Part shown: piece by piece, positions 27,358-37,649 of the stretch
How positions within the stretch are numbered: position 1 is the stretch's first letter
How the letters are laid out: every line of letters starts with the position of its first letter
From: Eledone cirrhosa
Taxonomy: Eukaryota
Length of the DNA stretch: 64,000 nt
Direction: 5' to 3'
Assembly: GCA_964016885.1 (NCBI GenBank)
Contig: OZ024740.1
Coordinates: 141,236,001-141,300,000 of the forward strand
Position numbers and translations under genes: made by a program
The notes under the pieces: generated by a model
What the model was told of the DNA's origin: nothing
Seen by the model: only the letters and a program-made list of their open reading frames with translations
The model's database searches: none

Positions 27358-27420
27358 GCATCGGTGGTAGAATGCCCGCTTGCCACGCGGGTGGTCCAGG
27401 TTACATTCCATACCGATGCA
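27358..27420 (+). pseudogene. tRNA-Gly D-arm-deleted pseudogene
   Basis: Array copy of 146-208. Confidence 0.88.
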
Positions 27421-28028
27421 TTTATAAAATTAGCGGTTGTTGTGCGTGGTTTTGTATTTATTTTCTTTGTTTTTTTATGTTGTTATTTCATCCTAGGATA
27501 ATTTGGTTGAGCAGACATTTCTCGGGGGTGTTCCAGTAGTTGTTATCCAATTTTTATATATTTACGGGTCCTGTCCCACGGCGCAGCGCGCTGCTCCTTG
27601 CATCAAGTGTCTTGTACTATAGGCTCTGGTTCACCAATGCATTGTCATTGAAATTTAGAAGACGGAATCAGCAGAAGCTCGTTTTGTCTGAGTGTGGAAG
27701 TATATACGATATATAATGTATTATGATATAGAATATATATATGTCACGCTAGGAATGTTTTAAGCCGTCATTTCTAATGAATTCAAGTTACTGATGATGT
27801 ATAAATATTTTGAAATACTCGTGTGTGATGTTCTCTCGGGACAACTGAAATAGCAGTGACATGATCACCACTGAATACTTTCTTAGCGAGACATCTATAT
27901 GTTTAGCGTTCTTGAAAATGTCGTATATTCTCTAATATGCGTCTCTATTATGAATCCGGTTGTGTTTGTGTTGCACATAACACACACATAAGCAATGTGT
28001 TACTTAAATACCACACCAAGCGTTGTGA

Positions 28029-28082
28029 GCATCGGTGGTTCAGTGGAAGTAAGCTCGCCTGCCACGGGGTCGGCCCGGGTTC
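28029..28082 (+). pseudogene. 3'-truncated tRNA-Gly
   Basis: Array copy of 815-868. Confidence 0.87.
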
Positions 28083-29164
28083 AAATGAAATCGTAATTGA
28101 CAATATGCACAGTAATTGAAGAGAGACTGTCTTACAGTATTTTGTAATCAGTAAAGTAATCCATGATTCATTTCAAAAAGACGATATTATATATAAACTG
28201 CGTTACGGTGAAATGTAATGAAAACGAAAAAGGAGAAAATTAGCCCCAGAAATATAAACGTTATGATATAACGATGCAAATATATGAATGTTTATATAAG
28301 CGATATGTGATATAGCGTCCGTTATATCATAACCGGAAGTATTGATATTTGAAAATTTCAGAAGAAGAGAAACTTAAAATAAGCAATCATTATATACAAG
28401 AATATTAATGTGAAATCAACAGCTACGAAATTTTGTACATAAATTATGTAATATTCATTATTTATTCAAAGTAATCCAACTTATTTTACTAACGGGATTA
28501 AAAATTATAAAACGGACGCTATCCCGTACTCCTCCCTTTATGATATATAGATTCTTTTAATTTTGGTATTACGTAATACCAAAGTTGTTATTGTTTTAGA
28601 TAGATTATTACTGTTTGGCCTCAATTTAGTAATGGATGAATAGATTTAATGAAAAGCATTTCTGTTATCATATGTTTGTTTTGGGGATTTTCTTCTTTCT
28701 AATGTTCCGTTAGGTTAGTGAAGACGAATGACAGTTGCAGCACTGATTTTCATTCCAGTCATACTGAGCACTCTGCAATCAAACCTAACAAGTGCACGTC
28801 GGAGTTCCCCTTCTGACGAGGTGAATAATACCATGTCGTCTGCATATTCCAGCCGACTGATCCATTTTACTTTTCTGATTGTTGTTGTTCAGCCTCTTGT
28901 TTAACCTATTCCAAATCTAAAAACCAATAATAACTTTATTTAGAAAAACATCGTTGAATAAATAATGTCTTTACCTTACTTTCATTGATGGTGGAACAGA
29001 ATTCAAGAAATGAAAATTTAGTTTCACCACAAGTTATTGTTTTATCAATGAAGAAAGCGTTTAAATATAAGTTTGAAAGTAGAGGAAAATGAGAGAGGTA
29101 CGAGCTCGATCTTGTCGAGGGAAAAAAGAAATTTGTTTGTTAAATACAACAGTGCATGGAGTGA

Positions 29165-29234
29165 GAATTGGTGTTTCCTTGGTAGAATGCTCGCCTGTCA
29201 TCCAGCGTCCCGCGTTTGATTCCCGCCGGATGCC
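29165..29234 (+). pseudogene. Highly degenerate tRNA-Gly-derived pseudogene
   Basis: GAATTGGTGTTTCCTTGGTAGAATGCTCGCCTGTCA...GTTTGATTCCCG; sisters at ~33586, ~36336 and 43425. Confidence 0.7.
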
Positions 29235-29561
29235 TTTATAACATTATCCATTGTCTGTGCGTGATTATATATTTTTTCTCTTTTAAATCGTAATTTAGTC
29301 CTCGACAAATTTGATAAAACAGACATTTATCGGAGATGTTCCAGCAGTTGTCATCCTACTGCATGTGCCTTATACTATAGACTCAGGTTGACCAATGCAT
29401 TGCAATTGAAATTTGGTAGATAGAATCTGCAGAAGTTCGTTTTGTCCGTGTGATAGTAGATTGTAAATATCATGTTTAGTATAGAAATTGCTTCTACAAC
29501 CCAGATACTTTCTTTTAAATGAAGCAATTCCAGTCTTGTAGAAGCCTTTTCTATATTAAAC

Positions 29562-30407
<846 letters not shown>

Positions 30408-30995
30408 GCGAGAATCGCAATACGGCGGGTAGAAATTAGCGAAACGCAACTTCCATACTGTGCAGACAAGCGCTCCATGGATATGAAGAAGGAGATACCA
30501 GACCTATAAACATAAGTTAAAATGATCATACACGCTGAGACGATGGTTAAAAAGCCATTAACCACCATAGCTAAAAAACGCGAACAAGCTAAACGGGTCA
30601 AACAAAATGAGATATGATTGAAATATTTACCCGGACCTTCAGGGAAGATGGAATACTCCGAAATTGGGTTTCTGCAACACCTAAATCAATAATACTGTCT
30701 GCTTATAAAAAATAAGCTTTTGGTATAATGATCGAACAAGGCATCGCTTTCTCAACGGGTTTTTGTTCTTCTTGCACCAGAATCTCGCGGGTTATGAAAG
30801 CACATGCGAGTTTCTAAGGGCAGAAAACCACTATTTTGGCCAGTGAATTCAGCATGTTTAGTTATTGCAAACATTTGCAAAATCCGCACATAAAATAAAC
30901 TTAAGCGATTAATCAGTCAATAGAATTAACTAAAAGCCAAAAAATATTAACTGGTTAATCGCTTGACTTGGGAGATTAATACAAATATAAATTTA

Positions 30996-31058
<63 letters not shown>

Positions 31059-31060
<2 letters not shown>

Positions 31061-31240
31061 GTTTCTACGTTTGGCACAAGGCCAGCAATTAACCAGTGCA
31101 TTACTGGTACTTTATGTTATCGACCCCGTAAGGATGAAAGGCAAAGTTAACCTCAGCGGGATTTGAACACAGAATGGCAAAGGCCGTAACTCTATGCGTC
31201 AAAGCATGGGGTCCGACCCTCTACCGATACTGCCAATCCA
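31059..31240 (-). mobile_element. tRNA-derived SINE
   Basis: Reverse complement of the A-box/B-box SINE at 55623. Confidence 0.85.
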
Positions 31241-31746
31241 AATGTTGCTTATAAGTAGTTGTTACATCGTATCTTCTTGAGAATAAGTCGGTCCGAATGA
31301 TTAAAAAACACTTCACGCCAGTAGTTTATCCCAGGTAAGAGTTGGTGATTAGGAGTGACGGAGTATTCATTTATCAAATAAGAAAAGCTTAAGACGGGAT
31401 TATTTTACCATGATTGTTTATATATATATATATATTTCTGTTACATGATTATTCATGTGACTTCATCAGATACTTACGCAATCATAAGTGCAGTTATGCA
31501 ATCATTGGTATATGTTGCTGGCCATGCATAACTATCCTGTAGTGATGGCAGCGGGGTGGTATATAATTGTGAAAACACAAATTACTCGGCCATTCGTATA
31601 GAGAGATCAAGGCAAGAAAAAAACTGTCCATCGATCCTATACTCCTTCTGAACGTTGAATGTGGTCGGATGCTTTTTCGAGGTCTACTAAGAAAGAATTT
31701 ATTTTAAAACACGTTACATGCTATATCTGAAGCGAGTAGAACGCAA

Positions 31747-31817
31747 GCATCGGTGGTTCAGTGGTAGAATGCTCGCCTGCCACGCGGGTGGCCCGGGTTC
31801 GATTCCCGGCCGATGCA
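31747..31817 (+). tRNA. tRNA-Gly-GCC: tRNA-Gly(GCC), variable-loop C>T
   Basis: Intact cloverleaf and A/B boxes; T-runs from ~31828. Confidence 0.93.
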
Positions 31818-32016
31818 CCAAATATCCTTTTTGTTTTTTTTGTATTATTACTTTTCTGATTGTTATTGTTCAGCCTCCAGCCTCGAAATCTGAAAACCAA
31901 TAACAACTTCATTTAGCAAAACATTGGTGAATAAATAATTGTTTCTACTTACAACTGGCCAGCCCGCCACTGCTCATAAGTATTGTGTGAGTTAAATACA
32001 AATTCTTCACTTGTCG

Positions 32017-32087
32017 ACATCGGTGATTTAGTGGAAGAATGCTCGTTTGCCAAACGAGCGGCCCGGGTTCGATTCCCGGCTGATGCA
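32017..32087 (+). tRNA. Divergent tRNA-Gly(GCC) isodecoder or pseudogene
   Basis: Anticodon arm CTCGT-TTGCCAA-ACGAG; B box intact; A1-C72 mismatch. Confidence 0.6.
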
Positions 32088-32304
32088 TGTTTGCTCTTTT
32101 ATTTTAGATAGATTGATACTGTACCAGGATTGTGTAATTTACAGTCCAATTAGTCAATAATGATGCAATTGGAATTAAACACTCAACGACATTACCAATC
32201 TACATTGGATTGATAGTCAAGGGCGGAATATACGGACAGTAAATACTTGTCTTCACAATTATTTACCTTATATTACCATATATATATATATATATATATA
32301 TATA

Positions 32305-32370
32305 CTAGCAGCAGGACCCGGCGTTGCACGGGGTAGGAAAAGTGAAATATCAACCCTTATATGCAGAAGA
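32305..32370 (-). mobile_element. 66-bp mini-Helitron
   Basis: Minus strand A|TCTTCTGCATATAA...CCCGTGCAACGCCGGG...CTAG|T: TC start, GC hairpin, CTAG end, AT target. Confidence 0.7.
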
Positions 32371-32709
32371 TTGAGGAATGTAGCTACGTACCGTTTTAAT
32401 TGCCTTATTTTCGGGGATTGATTGAGGACCGACGTAGTCAATTCTGTGAAAACCAAGTATGGATGTACGTTTAAGTAGGGTTATTGAGATGACGAAATCA
32501 GCGTGGCAACGCAGCTGCAGCAGAAGGGGTTCATAGTGCAATTAGCACAAACGCTGGGCGGCACTGGTTGCACTGCGTTTACACAGCAATAAATGTGCGA
32601 CAAAAGGGGTCACCGCGGAATTAGTACAACCGCTGTTCGGCGTACTTGCGTAGGGCGTTCATACTGCGGTGTAGGTGCAACAAAAGGGGTTTTGGTAGAA
32701 GTAGCACAG

Positions 32710-32975
32710 ACTTCACTCCCAACCCAGCTGAACATGTCAATTTTATTCCTGAAGATTATGAACAGGAGAGGTGAGAGTACGCACCCTTGGCTGAGTCTGA
32801 ATCGCATATTGAATGCTTTCGATTTAGCACCATTTATCCGAACACAAATTACTCGGACATTCGTATAGAGGCATTAGGGCAAGGAAAGGTTGTCCATTGA
32901 TCACATACTCCTGTAAACCTTCTACAGCAGGTCCCTTGGAACTTAGTCGTAGGCCTTTGCAATGCTACAAAGAAG
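32710..32975 (-). mobile_element. RTE-like RT fragment upstream of a tRNA
   Basis: RLSQGCVLSPLLFIIFRNKID; paralog of array fragment 1. Confidence 0.8.
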
Positions 32976-33026
32976 GAATTTATTTTAAAATACATTACAT
33001 TCTATATGGAGACTGTTAGAAGGAAA

Positions 33027-33097
33027 ACATCGGTAGTTCAGTGGTAGAATGCTCGCCTGCCACGCGGGCGGCCCGTCTTCGATTCCCGGCCGATGCA
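33027..33097 (+). pseudogene. tRNA-Gly(GCC) pseudogene
   Basis: G1A, G9A, B box CCGTCTTCGA. Confidence 0.8.
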
Positions 33098-33217
33098 CAA
33101 CGTAACTCTTTCTCTGTATTTTTACTTTTCTGATTTTTATTGTTCGCCTCCAGTCTAAACTATTCCAAATCTAAAAACCAGTAACAACTTTATTTAGCAA
33201 AACAGTGGTGAATAAAT

Positions 33218-33395
33218 AATTGTTTCTATTTTTGGCACAAGGCCAGCAATTATCCCAGTTTATACTGGTATTTTATCGACCCCGTAATGATTAAAGGCAA
33301 AATTAACCTCGGCGGGATTTGAACTCAGACCATAAAGGGGCGTAACTCAATACTGCAAAGCATGGCGTCCGACCTTCTACCGATACTGCCAATCC
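33218..33395 (-). mobile_element. tRNA-derived SINE
   Basis: Same family as 31059 and 55623. Confidence 0.85.
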
Positions 33396-33585
33396 CCATC
33401 ACTTTCATGGTTGCTGGAACAGAATTCGAGAAATGAAGAATTAGTTTCACAATAAGTTGAAATATTATCAATGAAGAAAGCATTTAAATATAAGTTTGAA
33501 AGCAGAGGAAACGGAGAGAGATTCCAGCTGGATCTTGTCGAGGAAAAAATGTATTGTTTTTGTTAAATACAACAGTGCTTGGTGT

Positions 33586-33653
33586 GAGAATGTTTCCGTG
33601 GTAGAATGTTCACCTGTCATCTGGCGTCCCTCGTTTTATTCCCGCCAGATGCA
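33586..33653 (+). pseudogene. Degenerate tRNA-Gly-derived pseudogene
   Basis: Sister of 29165. Confidence 0.6.
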
Positions 33654-33876
33654 TTTATAACATTCTTTTTTAAACTGTCATTTAGTCGTGGAGAAATTTT
33701 TGCAGAGTTTTACTGGAGTTGTTCCAGCATTCATATAGAGACATCAGGGTAAGGGAAGTTGTGCATCGATCCCATATTCCTTCAGAACGTGGGATGTGGT
33801 CTTATGCCATTCCGAGGTCTACAAGAAAGAATTTTATCTTTAAATGAATTATTTGAGATATTTGGGTTCGAAAGAT

Positions 33877-33931
33877 TGTATTTGTGGGACAGTGGTAGAA
33901 TGCTCACTTTTCACGCGGAGTGCCCGGTGCA
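33877..33931 (+). pseudogene. Degenerate, internally deleted tRNA-Gly relic
   Basis: CAGTGGTAGAATGCTCAC...CACGCGG...CCCGGTGCA. Confidence 0.55.
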
Positions 33932-34496
33932 TTTATAAAATGTGTGGTTGTTGTGCGTGGTTTTGTATTTTGTGTTCTGTTATGTTTTTATTTCATCCTA
34001 GGATGATTTAGTTGAATAGACATTTCTCGGACGTGTTCCAGTAAATGTTATCCAATTTTTATATATTTATGGGTCTTGTCTCATGGCGCTGCACGCTGCC
34101 TCTTACATCATTGTCATTGGAATTTAGAAGACGGAAATTGCAGAAGCTCGTTTTGTGTGTGTGTGAAGGTATATATGATATGTTAATATATATTGATATA
34201 CAATATATATGTCAGGCTAGGAATGTTTTAAGCCGTCATCTCTAATGAATTCAAGTTACTGATGATGGATAAATATTTTGAAACACTGGTGTCTGATGTT
34301 CTCCCGGGACAACTGAAATAGCTGTGACATGATCACCACTGAAAACATTCTTAGCGAGACTTGTATATGTCTAGTGTATTTGAAAATGTCGTATATTCTC
34401 TAATATGCGTCTCTATTATGAATCCTGTTCTGCTTGTGTTACACATAACACACATATAAGCAATGTATTACTTAAATACCACATCAAGCGTTGCGA

Positions 34497-34567
34497 GCAT
34501 CGGTGGTTCAATGAAAGAATGCTCGCCTGCCACGCGGGCGGCCCGGGTTCGATTCCCGGCCGATGCA
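34497..34567 (+). tRNA. Full-length tRNA-Gly(GCC) with mutated D-loop (AATGAAA), likely pseudogene; un-truncated relative of the array's truncated copy
   Basis: Conserved GG of D-loop/A box lost; rest canonical. Confidence 0.7.
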
Positions 34568-34668
34568 AATCTCTGAGTAGAGTTTTATCTCAATTCAGTT
34601 TTGAATGAATAGGTTTGAGGCAAAGCGTTTCTGCTGGTAACGTGTTTCTTTTCTTTTATTATTCCTAA

Positions 34669-35237
34669 CTAGCAGAAAAACCACCATTCAAGTGGTTTTC
34701 TCCTAGCATGTGTAGTGTGCATATTGATATTATACGCAAATATTATATACATGTACATAAGATACGTCAAATGAAATCGTAATTGACAATATGCACAGAA
34801 ATTGAAGAGAGACTGTGTTACAGTCTTTTGTAATCAGTAAAGTAATCCATGATTCATTTCAAAAAGACGATATTATATATAAACTGCGTTACGGTGAAAT
34901 GTAATGAAAACGAAAAAGGAGAAAATTAGCCCCAGAAATATAAACGTTATGACATAACGATGCAAATATATGAATGTTTATATAAGCGATATGTGATATA
35001 GCGTCCGTTATATCATAACCGGAAGTATTGACATTTGAAAATTTCAGAAGAAGAGAAACTTAAAATAAGCAATCATTATATACAAGAATATTAATGTGAA
35101 ATCAACAGCTACGAAATTTTGTACATAAATTATGTAATATTCATTATTTATTAAAAGTAATCCAACTTATTTTACTAACGGGATTAAAAATTATAAAACG
35201 GACGCTTTCCCGTACTCCTTCCTTTATGATATATAGA
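34669..35237 (-). mobile_element. Complete non-autonomous Helitron (~570 bp)
   Basis: Minus-strand TC...hairpin (AAAACCAC/GTGGTTTT)...CTAG, between A and T; homologous empty site at ~47058-47091. Confidence 0.72.
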
Positions 35238-35389
35238 TTCTTTTAATTTTGGTATTACGTAATACCAAAGTTGTTATTGTTTTAGATAGATTATTACTGT
35301 TTGGCCTCAATTTAGTAATGGATGAATAGATTTAATGAAAAGCATTTCTGTTATCATCTGTTTGTTTTGGGGATTTTCTTCTCTCTAAT

Positions 35390-35825
35390 GTTCCGTTAGG
35401 TTAGTGAAGACGAATGACAGTTGCAGCACTGATTTTCATTCCAGTCATACTGAGCACTCTGCAATCAGACCTAACAAGTGCACGTCGGAGTTCCCCTTCT
35501 GACGAGGTGTATAATACCATGTCGTCTGCATATTCCAGCCGACTGATCCAACACACGTCAGTCATGATATCACTTCCAACACAGCTGTGCATGTCAATCT
35601 TATTCATGGAGATTATGAACAGATGTGAGAGTATGCACCCTTGGCAGAGTCCGACTCACATATTGAATGGTTTCGATTTAGTACCATCTATCTGAACACA
35701 TACTCGGTCATTCGCATCAGGGCACGGAAAAGCTGTTCATCGATCTCACACTCCTTCAGAACCTTCCACAGCGCGTCCCTTGGAACAAGGTCGTATGGCT
35801 TTCCGGGGACTACAATGGAGGAATT
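35390..35825 (-). mobile_element. RTE-like RT fragment (near-identical to array fragment 1)
   Basis: LEYADDMVL ORF 35401-35607. Confidence 0.85.
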
Positions 35826-35872
35826 TATTTTAAAATACATTACATGCTATATATGAGGGTAGCAAATTGTGT

Positions 35873-35943
35873 GGATCGGGTGTTCGGTGGTAGAATGCTC
35901 GCCTGCCACGCGGGCGGCCCGGGTTCGATTCTCCGACGATGAA
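35873..35943 (+). pseudogene. tRNA-Gly(GCC) pseudogene
   Basis: Acceptor and T stems disrupted; centre canonical. Confidence 0.8.
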
Positions 35944-36335
35944 AAATATAAAAATTTTTTCTTTTGTATTTTTACTTTTCTGATTGTTATTGTTTCGCCT
36001 CCACTCTAAATTGTTCCATATCTAAAAACCAATAATAACTTTAATCGGTGAATAGATAATTGTTTCTACTTTTGGCACAATGTCCGCAATTATCCCACTG
36101 TATTACTGGTACTTTATACACTTCCATCGGTGTATAAATAATGTCTTTACATTACTTTCGTTGGTGGCGGAACATATTCAAGAAATGAAGAATTAGTTTC
36201 ACAAGAAGTTGAAATATTATCAAAGAAGAAAGCTTTTAAATATAAGTTTGAAGCAGTGAAGGAGAGAGGTTCCAGCTGAATCTTGTCGAGGTAAAACAAT
36301 AATTTGTTTGTTAAATATAACAGTGCATGGAGTAA

Positions 36336-36400
36336 GATTTCGTGTTTCTTTGGTAGAATGCTCGCCTATCATCGGGCGCCCCGCGTTTGATTCCCACCAA
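36336..36400 (+). pseudogene. Degenerate tRNA-Gly-derived pseudogene
   Basis: Sister of 29165 and 43425. Confidence 0.6.
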
Positions 36401-36534
36401 TTGTTATCCAATTTGTATATCTTTACGGATCCTGCCTCACTGTACAGCACGCTGCCTCTTACATGAAGTGGCCTATACTATAGCTTCTGGTTGACCAATG
36501 CATTGTTATTGAAATTTAGAAGACGGGATCTGCA

Positions 36535-36765
36535 TGTGGGTATGGTGTGGTGTGCGGTGGCCGGGGGCTGGGGAGTGCTCGACCGGAAGAGTTTTTGACC
36601 GGAAGGGTGCTTGGCCGGAAGGGTGCTCGACCGGAAGGGCCAGCAGGTCTGTCTCTCTCTAGGGTGATCAGCGAACGTAGTGGACGTCAGTTTTGCAGCT
36701 CCCGGTTAACGAGTTGGATTGTACGCACGTGGGAGAGGAGAAACCAGCCATTGGATTAGCGGTGC
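36535..36765 (+). repeat. 5' LTR (portion homologous to the 3' LTR)
   Basis: About 7 substitutions versus 40469-40699. Confidence 0.92.
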
Positions 36766-36898
36766 ACTGGAAACTGCGATCTGATTGATCAAAAAAAAAA
36801 AAGAAAAAAAAAAAAGAACTTTCTCGAAAACAAAGCTACTGGAAAAACAGAGAGGCATCTGTTGTTTTGTATTACTTACCGCAAGACAAAATTAGGAT

Positions 36899-37649
36899 AT
36901 GGCGACGAGATTACGAATGAGCGAAGCGATTAGGGCATTTACCGGTGAAGGCGATGTTGTCGCTTGGCTGCGAAAAGTCCGGCTGGTCGCAAGCTTACAG
37001 AAGATCTGGCCTCATGGCACTGTACCTCGAGGGGGATGCGTTGGCACTCTTCCTAGAGATGGATGAACACAGCCAAAGGGATGCGCAAAAGATTGAGAGG
37101 CGCATGATGGAAGCGTTCGCGGAAGGACCGTTAGCCGCTTTTGCTAAGCCGGCAAGGATTAGATGGAACGGTGAACGCGTTGACATTTTCGCAGCAGAGA
37201 TACGGCGATTGGCCATGTTGGCTGGATACCAGGTGGAATGCGAACACACGGTGCGGTTGGCGTTCATAAATGGATTTCCAGACGACATAGCGGTGAAACT
37301 GCAGCAAGTCCCGGGTTACAAAGAAATGGAGATGAGTGCACTTGTGGAGCAAGCCCGCATCATAGCAGAAGATGCCAAGAAGAGTGTCGCAGTGATAGCA
37401 ATTACAGAGGCCCAAGGCAGCTGGCAGCGAAATGGTGAAAGGGAGGCAACCACGGCACGCGGTCGCCCGCGAACGTTTAGAGGTCGCTGTTTTAGGTGCC
37501 AGGACCCGCACACGGGGAGAGACTGTAGAGAGTCAAGGCCGGAAAAAATATGCTACCGGTGTAAGCGACCAGGCCACATCGCTACTAGGTGCAACCAGGG
37601 AAACGATCCAAGGGGAACTACTGCGCCGGTAGTTGCCCCTTACGAGTAG
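36899..37649 (+). pseudogene. gag: gag (frameshifted) with two zinc knuckles
   Basis: CFRCQDPHTGRDC and CYRCKRPGHIATRC. Confidence 0.85.

Larger units (their letters stand above)
1..28864 (+). repeat. Tandem macrosatellite, ~2476-bp unit x ~11.6 (tRNA-Gly array), continues beyond left edge
   Basis: Same ORF recurs at 325, 2801, 5280, 7758, 10234, 12710, 15187, 17662, 20137, 22614, 25090; units nearly identical; last unit breaks at ...GACTGATCCA (28864). Confidence 0.98.

Noticed and set aside
112-28119. Recurrent 60-115 aa ORFs in the array as protein genes
   Set aside because: They overlap tRNA pseudogenes or are sense/antisense frames of frameshifted RT relics, and they open and close between units
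31818-31820. Encoded CCA implying a retroposed mature tRNA
   Set aside because: Both flanks are homologous to other cluster copies (33027 has CAA here), so chance is more likely
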